Of a stretch of 64,000 bases of DNA, positions 31,536 to 41,667 are shown piece after piece (the first letter of the stretch is position 1; each line of letters begins with the position of its first letter). The notes below the pieces were generated by a model, which saw only the letters and a list, made by a program, of their open reading frames with translations, searched no databases and had not been told where the DNA came from. Origin of the DNA: Candidatus Poribacteria bacterium (GTDB lineage: Bacteria; Poribacteria; WGA-4E; WGA-3G). The DNA lies in NCBI GenBank assembly GCA_965200395.1, contig CBDAUH010000002.1:77246-141245 (forward strand), read 5' to 3'. Made by a program: the position numbers and the translations under genes.

Positions 31536-32168
31536 ATGCAAGCTTACCAAAGACCAACTACCGCTAAGGCAAATGCAGAAGACGGTTTTAGTCTTATGGA
31601 AATAATGGTCGTCCTGGCGATTATTGCCGTTTTGTCCTCCGTATCTATGCCCGCGTTGCGCGGTTTCGCCGCAACGCGGCGGTTAAAAACTTCCGCGAAG
31701 ACAATCGTTGATACACTTGCATTCGCCCGGGACATGGCAATTACTGAAAAAAATACGCACCTTGTAGTCTTTGATATGGATGCAAATAGATATTGGTTAG
31801 CATCAAGTGAAACATTTGATATACAAAACCCAGCAGCTTCCGCAGGAAGAACTATAGAAACTGCTCAAGTAAATGGCCGACAAGTGATGGTTTCCCGAAC
31901 TGATGGAGTCATGGGAATCCCACAGCCACTAAATAGAGGCGTTTCGATTGCATCCTTAGTTACAACACAAAACGGAGCGAACCAACAAATTATTGCTGGC
32001 GTAGATTACGTATATTTTTCTCCAACTGCAACATCGGTAGATACTGTTGTATATCTACGAAACCTTAATGATGATGTCATTGCAATTAATGTGGAAGCAG
32101 CGACTGGGCGATCCAGTCTTCAACAGTTGTCACCTCAACAAATTCAGACCTTAGGCTTACGGAACTAA
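31536..32168 (+). CDS. gspH: Minor pseudopilin (GspH/FimT-like)
   Basis: G/FSLMEIMVVLAII, LAFARDMAI; position in operon; start reassigned to ATG 31536. Confidence 0.75.
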   Translation: MQAYQRPTTAKANAEDGFSLMEIMVVLAIIAVLSSVSMPALRGFAATRRLKTSAKTIVDTLAFARDMAITEKNTHLVVFDMDANRYWLASSETFDIQNPAASAGRTIETAQVNGRQVMVSRTDGVMGIPQPLNRGVSIASLVTTQNGANQQIIAGVDYVYFSPTATSVDTVVYLRNLNDDVIAINVEAATGRSSLQQLSPQQIQTLGLRN

Positions 32169-32173
32169 AGTGT

Positions 32174-32587
32174 ATGATAGGCAAACGAACTTTTTTCTCT
32201 TGTGAAGATGGATATACACTTGCAGAGATACTTGTGACTATAGCAATTATGGCTGCAATATTACCCGCGTTGCTAAAGGTATTTAGTGACACCTCAAGCA
32301 ACATCGGTAAAACTGATCATCGTATCACCGCACTCTATTTACTCCAATCTAAAATGGCGGAGATTGAAGCAAACGGCTTTCCAGAAACTGGACAAGAAAG
32401 CGATGTGTTCGGCGGAAACTCCATCTTTGAGTGGCAAACTATAGTAACAGACATAGAAACTGAGGAAATGTTAGCACTCCGAAAGGTCGAATTAACCGTC
32501 TCTTGGGAACATTTGGACAAGATCCATTCGACAAGCATGTATAGATACATAGCAGATAGAACAATTCAACAACAACAAGGACAATAA
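32174..32587 (+). CDS. gspI: Minor pseudopilin (GspI-like)
   Basis: G/YTLAEILVTIAI, LRKVELTVSW; size and position. Confidence 0.75.
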   Translation: MIGKRTFFSCEDGYTLAEILVTIAIMAAILPALLKVFSDTSSNIGKTDHRITALYLLQSKMAEIEANGFPETGQESDVFGGNSIFEWQTIVTDIETEEMLALRKVELTVSWEHLDKIHSTSMYRYIADRTIQQQQGQ

Positions 32588-32633
32588 ATTGTTTTATCCG
32601 CGCAAAACAGTTGCTGTCGTATAAAAACTAACT

Positions 32634-33515
32634 ATGAGAAATCTGATGAAGAAGTGCCAAAGTGGACTTACACTTGTTGAGATGCTAACGGCTGTGAGTG
32701 TCATAATAATTTTGGGTGGAGCCTCATACGCTGTCTTTAATACTGCTATAGATACATATCATCTTGCAGAATCCAAATTAATTCAAGCACAACGGGTACG
32801 CTTCGCTTTAGACCATTTAAGCACAGACCTGAGTCACATACAAGCAGACACATCAGATGAATTGTTGACTCTCTTCTCACAAGATTCACCTACTGCTGCA
32901 GGTGATACGGATATACTTAGTTTTGTGACATTGGTTAGAACGGATCCAGAATTGTTTGCGGAACAGGTGCGAGTAAGGAAAAGTATAGGGCAAACAACGC
33001 AGACACTACCCCTAAGCGATGTCCGTCGTGTAGTGTATTATGTGGGGCAAAAAATACCTATAGAGATGAGACGAAACGAGAACTATATTCCACCCCCTTA
33101 CACTGCTTCACAGGTACCAGGACAAAACACCTCTGAGGAGGAAGACCTAGCACTTTACCGAATTGTAACTACAGCATTGGACCCAGAATTGGTTATTGAC
33201 GCATTTATGAACTCTGGAACGATTCCACAAGTAGATGAAAGTGGTGCACCAATTGACTTTAAGGTTACGCCATTAATTGATGCCGGGGTCGTCAACTTCG
33301 ATCTTAAGTATTACGATGCAGAAGCACCTTATGACTCATGGACACAGACAAATGCAATTCCACTTGTCGTTCAAATATTGATTAGTGTAATAGATGAAGA
33401 AGCGAGACAAACCCCACAGACACAAAATTTTGTTCAGACTCCCGGTGCAGTACCACCAGGCGCATTAACCCAATCAGTTATGGTGAATCTGCCGCCAAGC
33501 GCAAATGCTGAGTAA
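32634..33515 (+). CDS. gspJ: Minor pseudopilin (GspJ-like)
   Basis: G/LTLVEMLTAV, VVYY, LYR, FDLKYYD...DSW....IPLVVQI. Confidence 0.75.
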   Translation: MRNLMKKCQSGLTLVEMLTAVSVIIILGGASYAVFNTAIDTYHLAESKLIQAQRVRFALDHLSTDLSHIQADTSDELLTLFSQDSPTAAGDTDILSFVTLVRTDPELFAEQVRVRKSIGQTTQTLPLSDVRRVVYYVGQKIPIEMRRNENYIPPPYTASQVPGQNTSEEEDLALYRIVTTALDPELVIDAFMNSGTIPQVDESGAPIDFKVTPLIDAGVVNFDLKYYDAEAPYDSWTQTNAIPLVVQILISVIDEEARQTPQTQNFVQTPGAVPPGALTQSVMVNLPPSANAE

Positions 33516-33523
33516 AAAATAAA

Positions 33524-35182
33524 ATGCATACATCAACGACCAAACCACAGATTGAAAAATACATATTTAGCATGTCCTGCCTCCGCGATTCCAGTGGATT
33601 ATCGCTTATTTCAACGCTTTGGATTTTGACCGTCCTCTCTGTTTTGGCAATGCAGATGTTGTACTCTTATAATCTCGAAAGTAAAGCACAGCGGAACTTC
33701 TTTGATAGAGTTAAACACCGTTACGCAGCAAAGTCAGGGTTCGAGTTAGGCGTTGCAAAATTAGCTGTTGATCAAACCAATTTTGACTCACTCGGAGAAT
33801 CATGGGCAGCACCAATTCAACAGCAGATTGAAGATGGTATACGGCTCGGAGAATTCATTAACTATCAGGTGACTATCACAGATGAAGCAACGAAAATCGA
33901 CATCAACGCGGCAGCAGAAGATCAAATACGCAATCTGCTCTCGTTTTTAGGAGCACAACCCGAAATCAATGAATTGGGTGATCTTGCAACTCGAATTGTT
34001 GAGGGGCGCCCCTATCGCACTGTACGAGATGTGGCACGCGTACAAGGAATGACAGATGAACTACTCTACGGATTACAGCAACAAGCTGCAGTGCAAGAAG
34101 CAACAAGCGGCTCCGAACCCCTAACAGATACGCCAGAAACTGTACTGCCACCGACGCTAACGATGACAAGTGTCGGCGGTCTCGTTAATGTCGCAACCAT
34201 CTATTCTGTTGACACGAACACAGATTCAAATGGACAGCAACGAGTCAATATCAATTCCGCAAACGCCCAACAGATACGACAAATTCAATCTAATAACAAT
34301 CAGAACATCTTTTCGCAAGGTGAGGCGAATGCAATTGTTCAGAGTCGTGATCACAGCGGTATTTCTGCTTTGTTAGATGTTCAAGTTGTATCTGATAACG
34401 TGTTTAATAGCATTCAAAACCAAATTTCTGTTGAAGATACTGCAAGTAGTAATGATAGTGGTTTTAGCACCGGGAATGACGGCGGTTTCGGCGGAGAAGA
34501 TGATTTTGGTTTTGGTAATGGAGATGATGGTGGTTTCGACGGCGGAAGAAATAATAATAACAACTTTAATAACTTTAATAACAACAATAATAACTTTGAA
34601 GAAGATACAGGTAATTCAAGAATCAACATCAATACAGCAAGTTCACAAGAACTTCAAGAACTTAATGGCATTGATAGCGGTATCGCTGATAGGATTATCG
34701 CCCATAGAAACTCCCAAGGGCAATTCCAAAACATTGACGCAATTAAACAGGTAAAATTATTAACTGTTCGTGAACTTGCAAATATCGCTGATAAAGTAAC
34801 AACAAAAGATGGAAATACTGTAAACGGGTTAATCAATATAAATACCGCACCCGTCGAAATATTGCAGCTATTACCCGGAATGGATCAGACCAAGGCACAA
34901 GCAATTGTAACTCGACGTGAAGAAGAAAATCCAAACGCACAAAACCAATCAGAAGACGCAATTAAAGGAAACCCGTTCACTGATATCGCACAACTATTGG
35001 ATATTGAAGAAATCGATGATCAAACCTTCCGAGAAGTTGTAGATTGGGTTACATACCGTTCGCACGGATATCGCGTTGAAGCATCCGGCATTGACGCTGG
35101 TGGGAAGGTCGTGGCAACGTGTGTGGGAATCGTCGTTCGAAATGGAAACCAATTAACCATTCCATATTGGCGACAAGATTAA
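33524..35182 (+). CDS. gspK: GspK-like tip pseudopilin with extra ComEA-like helix-hairpin-helix domains
   Basis: G/LSLISTLW (no E+5, typical of GspK), DSLGESWA, ITDEATKIDIN; four xININ-initiated HhH/SAM-like units. Confidence 0.8.
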   Translation: MHTSTTKPQIEKYIFSMSCLRDSSGLSLISTLWILTVLSVLAMQMLYSYNLESKAQRNFFDRVKHRYAAKSGFELGVAKLAVDQTNFDSLGESWAAPIQQQIEDGIRLGEFINYQVTITDEATKIDINAAAEDQIRNLLSFLGAQPEINELGDLATRIVEGRPYRTVRDVARVQGMTDELLYGLQQQAAVQEATSGSEPLTDTPETVLPPTLTMTSVGGLVNVATIYSVDTNTDSNGQQRVNINSANAQQIRQIQSNNNQNIFSQGEANAIVQSRDHSGISALLDVQVVSDNVFNSIQNQISVEDTASSNDSGFSTGNDGGFGGEDDFGFGNGDDGGFDGGRNNNNNFNNFNNNNNNFEEDTGNSRININTASSQELQELNGIDSGIADRIIAHRNSQGQFQNIDAIKQVKLLTVRELANIADKVTTKDGNTVNGLININTAPVEILQLLPGMDQTKAQAIVTRREEENPNAQNQSEDAIKGNPFTDIAQLLDIEEIDDQTFREVVDWVTYRSHGYRVEASGIDAGGKVVATCVGIVVRNGNQLTIPYWRQD

Positions 35183-35223
35183 CAACCAGTATCTATCATC
35201 GTTCAAATTAGAGGTTATCATAA

Positions 35224-36993
35224 ATGGCAAAAAATCAGGTCGTAGCTATAGATATAGGAAATACAAACGTAAAAATACTCTATATTGAAAAAACAATCGA
35301 AGGTTTACATTTGACCGACGCAAGGGTAGCACCCATCACGAACCCTGATGACATAGAACAAACTACCGCTACCCTCAAAGAATTATGGAATCGCCTTAGC
35401 ATTAAACAAAACGTATTCAATAAACATAAAATGGAAGTCGCCATTGCTCTACCCCGAGGTTCTGTAGTTACGAAACGTTTGTCCAATTTACCTCCATCAA
35501 CAACAGATGCCCAATTGCCTTCATTGGTGGAAATGGCTGCTGAAACTGAACTTCCGTTTCAAGTAGATGAATCTGTCTTTACATATCACAATGTTCAACG
35601 GACATCAGATGGAGTTTCTATCGAATTGGTTTCAACTCGACGAGACACCGTTACAAGGTATACCGAAACAATCGCAGGAACCGGAAACACGCCATCAGCG
35701 ATAATACCGTCCATGTTAGCGATAGAGACAATCGCCCGTGATACATTAACAGATCCTGAAACACGAACAATCATCGTAGATGTCGGAGCAGGACATACAG
35801 ATTTCTGTTTAATGCAAGGCAATAAACTACTATTCTCACGCGGTTTCTCTGTGAGTGGTAACCAATTGACACGAGGCTTAATGTCAGAATTGCAGATTGA
35901 TGCAGAAACTGCTGAACAGGAAAAACAACATATTCCCGCTAATCAACTACCTACACGAAATTGGACAAGAAATTTCATCGCAGAAATAGAACGTTCCATC
36001 GCCGCCGCTGAACGCGAAAATAATAACAGTGAATTTAAAGAAATCGATGAAGTATGGTTATGTGGCGGTGGTGCAAGAGTACCAGAATTAGCTGAAACTT
36101 GCCAAGAACAACTCCAGATACCTACGAAACTATGGAATCCACTCCAAGCAGGTGTTTTAAATACAAATAGTGTAGACCCATCAATACTTGAAAACTACGG
36201 TGACACACTCACAGTTCCCTTGGGAGTTGGACTATATGTGTTAGAAACTGAAAAACCTGTTTCGCTGTTACCAACAGAGGTAGGTGTAAAACGCGCAGAA
36301 TCCACCCGTAAACATCAACAACTCATCGCCGCAAGTATTACCGGTTTTGTTATTCTCGTGCTAGTCCTTAGCGGAATTACATTTAGCAGATCGCAAAGAT
36401 CCAAAGAAGACTTTTTAGATAGACAGATAGCCAAATATACTATGCTCCAAAATGATGCAAACAAGCAACTTGCGCGTGAACTCATTTTGGTAGACAAATT
36501 AACACACCAAATTTCGCCTTTAGATGTCCTATATGCGCTCAGTACACTCTTTAATGATAGAACTAAAGTTGCATGGAAAACTTTCGAGGCAAACAACCTA
36601 GATGACCTACAAAAAGCACGGATATCATTTAGTCTACAGGCAAATTCACATGATGCAATTAACTCTATACCAGAAATGCTAAATCAGACAGATCTGTTTA
36701 GTAAAATCGAAACAGGTGAAGTTACAACAACGGGAGACGAAAGAAGGCCGACCTTTGAAGTCAAAATTACCTGCCGTTTGACCAACGAAGCAGTCCAATT
36801 GTTTGCACAAAAACGGCATCCTAAACCTGTTATTGAATTCAATGAGATAATTCCAGAAGACATTGATGTTCCACCTCCTTCAAATGATATTCAAACAGAA
36901 GACATTGATGTTCCACCTCCTTCAGATGATATTCAACCAACAGATGAGGATCCTGAACTAAACAACACAGAAGACCAAAAAGACACAGAATAA
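35224..36993 (+). CDS. PilM/GspL-like actin-fold protein fused to TM + PilN-like periplasmic domain
   Basis: VAIDIG...VK, IIVDVGAGHT, VWLCGGGARVPEL, WNPL, then VSLLP, TM and periplasmic domain. Confidence 0.75.
   Translation: MAKNQVVAIDIGNTNVKILYIEKTIEGLHLTDARVAPITNPDDIEQTTATLKELWNRLSIKQNVFNKHKMEVAIALPRGSVVTKRLSNLPPSTTDAQLPSLVEMAAETELPFQVDESVFTYHNVQRTSDGVSIELVSTRRDTVTRYTETIAGTGNTPSAIIPSMLAIETIARDTLTDPETRTIIVDVGAGHTDFCLMQGNKLLFSRGFSVSGNQLTRGLMSELQIDAETAEQEKQHIPANQLPTRNWTRNFIAEIERSIAAAERENNNSEFKEIDEVWLCGGGARVPELAETCQEQLQIPTKLWNPLQAGVLNTNSVDPSILENYGDTLTVPLGVGLYVLETEKPVSLLPTEVGVKRAESTRKHQQLIAASITGFVILVLVLSGITFSRSQRSKEDFLDRQIAKYTMLQNDANKQLARELILVDKLTHQISPLDVLYALSTLFNDRTKVAWKTFEANNLDDLQKARISFSLQANSHDAINSIPEMLNQTDLFSKIETGEVTTTGDERRPTFEVKITCRLTNEAVQLFAQKRHPKPVIEFNEIIPEDIDVPPPSNDIQTEDIDVPPPSDDIQPTDEDPELNNTEDQKDTE
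36856..36939 (+). repeat. 42-bp intragenic tandem repeat (2 copies)
   Basis: EDIDVPPPSNDIQT / EDIDVPPPSDDIQP. Confidence 0.85.
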
Positions 36994-36995
36994 AA

Positions 36996-37079
36996 AACGT
37001 GAGTTCGGGATATTTGAATTGTAGCATAACCTTTCCAGGTTGTGCATCGGACAAAAAATGTCTCATTCGAACTTAAGTT
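36996..37079. repeat. GTAG-type REP enclosed in short terminal IRs (MITE-like unit)
   Basis: AACGTGAGTTCG...GTAGCATAACCTTTCCAGGTTGTGC...CGAACTTAAGTT; homologous to 27369-27461. Confidence 0.75.
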
Positions 37080-37144
37080 AAAATAAAAAACAAATTTGCA
37101 CCTCGTTGCACATACCAACCTACAGAGTAGGTGAGGATATAACT

Positions 37145-38503
37145 GTGAAATTAGATTTTGAACTTACAAACCAAACAAAAATATTGCTCGGAATCCTTGT
37201 AGTCGCACTGATAGCAGCAATCGTAACACAATGGGGACCCGGACTCTATAAAATCATCTCAAATCCTGCCATGGAAACTAAGAGAGAAACTTTAAAAACA
37301 TCTAAAGATTTAGTGGATGCATCCAAAATATTGAAACCTAATGAGACAGGACTATACCGAAAAACTGGACTTACAGGCGAGGACAAAACCACCACAATAT
37401 TTGATGGAAATTATCCAGCTTCGGTTGTGCGTAAAAAAATAGATGGCATTGTAAAAGAAGCTGGAATACCTCAAGCTTACCAGATAAATTACGAAGCTGT
37501 TCCCGATAAAAAATCTGAAAGAATATCTCCACAGGCACGACGAAATCTCGCTATGTTCGCCTATCAGGAAAAATTAATTGCTGAAAAGAACGCACTTAAT
37601 GCTGAATTGGAAGCCGAATCTCAACCACAACCTGAAGTTGATATCGAAGCTGACGCCATGGATATGTTTCTCGATGCCTGGTTAGATGAAGCAGATGCAG
37701 AATCCGATAACCAGAAAGAAAAATCCGAAAATAATGTTTATAACGGAGAAGAGGGAACCACTGAAGAACAAAAACAAGAAACACCAGAAAAATCAGCTGA
37801 TACCGAAAATGGTAAGGAAGAATCTTCAGAACCCTCCGAAGAATCAGAAGAAAAACCAGCTGATACCGAAAATGATAAGGAAGAATCTTCAGAATCCTCC
37901 GAAGAATCAGAAAATAATCAAACTGACACTGATGATACTGATGATACTATTGAGTGGGAGTTTGCATCATTACCCGATTCCATACCGAATTCAATTAGGA
38001 TTGAACTTATTGAACTCATCATACCGATGGTAGAACAGCATCTCATTGGGGCTGAGAAAACGCTTTTTGAAAACCATTACTTCAAAACTCAAACGAAAGC
38101 AACCTCTGGATTCTTCGGAATCGGTGCTAAAGAATCTGCGAATGAAATCAGCTTTCGTCCAAATAGTCAAGTGCTCGCTAAACTCACAAATCTCGTTGAC
38201 ACTTATGGGGAAGAGTTAAACAAACAAAAAATTAGGATAGATTTCCTTGAATACATGGATAGGATTCAATCGCAAATTGACGAACTCACGTTAAAATTAC
38301 AATTGGCCCCCACTGTCTATACGCCAGAAAGTTATATCGTAAAAATGAAGTTTAAAGCAGAAATCGATAAACTCGTTAACCTAAACAAGATAATAGAAAC
38401 CACAAGTAAATGGTTGATGGTCCGAGACCTACAAACCTCCGTTGACCGAAAAGATAATAAGATTAATGTAGATGTTTTAATGATTGCGAGGGTTTACCAG
38501 TAA
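37145..38503 (+). CDS. Bitopic membrane protein, probable PilO/GspM-like component with large acidic insertion
   Basis: GTG start after GAGGA; N-terminal TM; C-terminal VKMKFKAEIDKLVNL...WLMVRDLQ resembles the PilO ferredoxin-like fold; TAATG coupling to the secretin. Confidence 0.55.
   Translation: MKLDFELTNQTKILLGILVVALIAAIVTQWGPGLYKIISNPAMETKRETLKTSKDLVDASKILKPNETGLYRKTGLTGEDKTTTIFDGNYPASVVRKKIDGIVKEAGIPQAYQINYEAVPDKKSERISPQARRNLAMFAYQEKLIAEKNALNAELEAESQPQPEVDIEADAMDMFLDAWLDEADAESDNQKEKSENNVYNGEEGTTEEQKQETPEKSADTENGKEESSEPSEESEEKPADTENDKEESSESSEESENNQTDTDDTDDTIEWEFASLPDSIPNSIRIELIELIIPMVEQHLIGAEKTLFENHYFKTQTKATSGFFGIGAKESANEISFRPNSQVLAKLTNLVDTYGEELNKQKIRIDFLEYMDRIQSQIDELTLKLQLAPTVYTPESYIVKMKFKAEIDKLVNLNKIIETTSKWLMVRDLQTSVDRKDNKINVDVLMIARVYQ
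37786..37911 (+). repeat. 63-bp intragenic tandem repeat (2 copies)
   Basis: EKSADTENGKEESSEPSEESE / EKPADTENDKEESSESSEESE. Confidence 0.85.
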
Positions 38504-41500
38504 TGAAAATGTGCAGTAATGATGTTTGTCCAATGTGGGTACGTAAACTTAATTCTTTCTTGATTGTCCTGGTGTGTCTCGGCTTATTCACCCTTACTCC
38601 AGGAGACCTGTTCGCGCAACGGGGTCAGGGTACGATGGAAGTCACTGAACGGGATGAGGAAACCGGTGAACCACTACGCTTCACCTTCAACTTTACCAGT
38701 GATGAAATCAAAAACGTCTTCGAATGGCTCTCACAACAAACCGACCTCACTATCATCGCAAGTGAAAACGATATACAAGGCAAAAGATTTTCACTCATAA
38801 ACCTCAATAATGTTACACTCGATGAGATTATTGAAAAAATCAAAACTGTCCTCGCTCAGCAGAATCTAACCTTCGTTAGGGTTGATAGCACTCTCCTTGT
38901 GACTACCTTTGATAAAGCACTGACTATGAATGTGCCTGTTAAGATAATAGAGGCAAACCCTGAACTGGTTGAAATGACTGATGAGATACAGACATATATT
39001 ATACAGTTGGTAAATGCGTCTGCATCGGAGCAAGTCAACACACTAAAACCTTTATTGAATAGACAGGCGAATATCTTTGCGGACTCGATGACGAATGCTC
39101 TTGTGATCACAGATGTGTCCTCTAATGTGCGTAGGATCGTCTCTATTCTGCAATTTGCGGATGAGGGTGATCCGTCGCCATTAAAGATCGCTTTAGTTCC
39201 GCTCACTTATGCGGATGCGCAGTCTCTGAAACAAACATTTGATGGTGTATTTGATGATAGCAATCAAGAAGATAACAAACCGCCAGGAACACAGGTTGCT
39301 ATGAGTCCTGAGGAGATCAGGCAAGCTATTGAACAAGGTTTGGGAGTGCCATTGGTTGAGGGGATGGTTAAAGTGGAGGCAGATACTAACTCAAATACGT
39401 TGATCATCAAAGCCTCCGAAGATAATATAACGCTCCTTAAAGAAATTGTTCTTCATCTGGACAAAGCCCCATCACTCTCAACAGATATTCGCACATATCG
39501 CCTCGAGTATGCAATAGCCGAAGATGTCGCAACTACCCTCGAAGAAATCATCACTGGAGAAAATATCCAAGGGGGCGGCAGAAGAAGTTTCGACAGAGAA
39601 GATATCTTAGAAATGATGACATACCGCCGGAACCGAGGTGACTCGAGCGACATTTTTCAAGGTATCGTCGGCTTAGTAAACATTTCACATGATGATCGGT
39701 TGAACATCGTCATTATCTCCTCGGATCCACGCAATTTCACTATCATTGAGAAGATCATCGAAGTCCTTGACCAAAAGCAAACAGAAAATGAATTCAAAAT
39801 GTATCTACTCGAATTTGCAAATGCAGCAACACTTAAGGAAAATCTAACCCAACTGTTCGAGGGTGAGGATACAGGCGGGGATAGCTACTATTGGTGGGAC
39901 CGAAATAGGAGCTCAAACCAGGATACCGGTTTCGGTGTCCAAGGAACCGTCCATATTGTTGAAGATATTAGACTTAATGCTTTGCTCATTTCTACCTCTG
40001 CTAATAATTTTTCAATGATCGATGACCTGATTAAAAAACTCGATGTCAACTTGCCTGACCAGGAGTGGGCTTCGAGAATCTTTTATCTCAAATATGCCGA
40101 TGCTGAAAATATAGCAAATCTGATTAACACACATTATCAAGGAAACCAAGACGACTTTAGCGGAGGAGATAGCTACTATTATTATCGCTACTATCTGCCC
40201 CAACGCCAATCAACGCCACAAGCACAAGGTTCTCTAGCAGGGAATGTCGCAGCACAACCTTTAGCAAGCCATAACGCCCTAATCGTATCAACAGGGACAA
40301 AACGTAACTTTGAAATGATAGAAGACTTCATCAAACAACTCGACATACCGACACCTGAACCAATGGCGGAAGTCACCGAAATAATCCGACTCGAATATGC
40401 AACGGCAGCGTCTATTGCTCAGGTACTCGAACAAGTATGGCAAGAGGTACAATCAGAAGATGAAGGATTCGGTTTTCGTAGATTTTTCAGCTCAAGATTC
40501 AGTGAAGAAGAACCCACTGACATCAATTCACTCTTCGGTAAAGTCACTATCTATGCTGACCCAGATACAAATTCACTCATTGTCACCACCCGTCGACGCT
40601 ATCTTGACCAGGTGAGAGCACTCATAAACAGACTCGATTTCGTGCGGGGACAGGTGCGGATCGATATTAAAATACTTGAAGTTACACTGGATGAAACAAC
40701 AAAACTCGGTATTGAAATGGCTGCCAATGAAAAGAAACTCGGTGGACTCGAACTCAGTCCAATTAACCCGCTAGTCGGGGAAACAAACGCAGAACTCGGT
40801 CTCGCCCAAGAAATCTCAGGTTTCAATTATAGCTTGGTTACCAAAGAGTATATGGCACTCCTTCATACTCTCATCCGTGAAAATAAAGTCAAAACGCTCT
40901 CTACACCGACTATCACGACACGGGATAGTCGTCCTGCAACATGGAGCAGTGGACGTAGAATTCCATATCTACAAAGCGTAGATACCAACAGTATCCTCGG
41001 AGATACCGCAACACAACCACTTTTCAACTACGATTTTATAGACCCACCGGTCGGTATAAACATCTCGCTCACACCTTATATCGCAAGATCACAAGCGGAT
41101 GAAGATGGCAAACGAACAATCGGATTAGATATAACCAATATCAGTGCCAGCAACTTCATCGAATTCACCGATTTTAACGCACCCATAACAGACGACAACT
41201 CCCTCAGTGTCTATATCGACGTTGAAGATGGACAACAACTGATTGTCGGTGGGATCATTCGCAAGAAACAGAAACAAGTAGAAAACAAAGTACCTATACT
41301 CGGAGATATTCCTTTACTCGGAAGACTCTTCAAGAGCACAGAAACCGAAATTCAAGACACCGAAATTGTGTTCATTATAACTCCTCACATCATAGATATA
41401 AAGAACCCAGAGGATTTGGAAAAACTGAAGCAGAGAGAAGAAGATTGGCGAAAAAATGGGCAGATCGATTTAGATAAATCAACCAAATCTGACAAAAAGG

Positions 41501-41517
41501 GCGCAAACGAAAAGTAG
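38503..41517 (+). CDS. gspD: Secretin (GspD-like), copy 1, N0 + six NolW-like repeats
   Basis: Signal peptide; repeated L.YA.A...D...N.LI motifs; QVRIDIKILEV, LSTPTITT, LIVGGII, KVPILGDIPLLGRLFKS, VFIITPHII. Confidence 0.9.
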   Translation: MKMCSNDVCPMWVRKLNSFLIVLVCLGLFTLTPGDLFAQRGQGTMEVTERDEETGEPLRFTFNFTSDEIKNVFEWLSQQTDLTIIASENDIQGKRFSLINLNNVTLDEIIEKIKTVLAQQNLTFVRVDSTLLVTTFDKALTMNVPVKIIEANPELVEMTDEIQTYIIQLVNASASEQVNTLKPLLNRQANIFADSMTNALVITDVSSNVRRIVSILQFADEGDPSPLKIALVPLTYADAQSLKQTFDGVFDDSNQEDNKPPGTQVAMSPEEIRQAIEQGLGVPLVEGMVKVEADTNSNTLIIKASEDNITLLKEIVLHLDKAPSLSTDIRTYRLEYAIAEDVATTLEEIITGENIQGGGRRSFDREDILEMMTYRRNRGDSSDIFQGIVGLVNISHDDRLNIVIISSDPRNFTIIEKIIEVLDQKQTENEFKMYLLEFANAATLKENLTQLFEGEDTGGDSYYWWDRNRSSNQDTGFGVQGTVHIVEDIRLNALLISTSANNFSMIDDLIKKLDVNLPDQEWASRIFYLKYADAENIANLINTHYQGNQDDFSGGDSYYYYRYYLPQRQSTPQAQGSLAGNVAAQPLASHNALIVSTGTKRNFEMIEDFIKQLDIPTPEPMAEVTEIIRLEYATAASIAQVLEQVWQEVQSEDEGFGFRRFFSSRFSEEEPTDINSLFGKVTIYADPDTNSLIVTTRRRYLDQVRALINRLDFVRGQVRIDIKILEVTLDETTKLGIEMAANEKKLGGLELSPINPLVGETNAELGLAQEISGFNYSLVTKEYMALLHTLIRENKVKTLSTPTITTRDSRPATWSSGRRIPYLQSVDTNSILGDTATQPLFNYDFIDPPVGINISLTPYIARSQADEDGKRTIGLDITNISASNFIEFTDFNAPITDDNSLSVYIDVEDGQQLIVGGIIRKKQKQVENKVPILGDIPLLGRLFKSTETEIQDTEIVFIITPHIIDIKNPEDLEKLKQREEDWRKNGQIDLDKSTKSDKKGANEK

Positions 41518-41534
41518 TCCCTACAAGAAAAGAT

Positions 41535-41634
41535 AATTCCGCGTAATCTGGTGAATGCCCAAAAGGCATTTATATGGTTGATTTGGTGAAAATCCGAGAT
41601 TCTGAAAAAATACTTACATCGAACCTACGTTAAC
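41535..41634. repeat. Degenerate copy of the CGCGGATT/AATCCGCG repeat family plus a MITE-like end
   Basis: AATTCCGCGTAATC...AAATCCGAGATTCTGA and CGAACCTACGTTAA between the two secretins. Confidence 0.45.
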
Positions 41635-41667
41635 TGCTAAATTCGAATAATCACAAGGGAATGCTCA

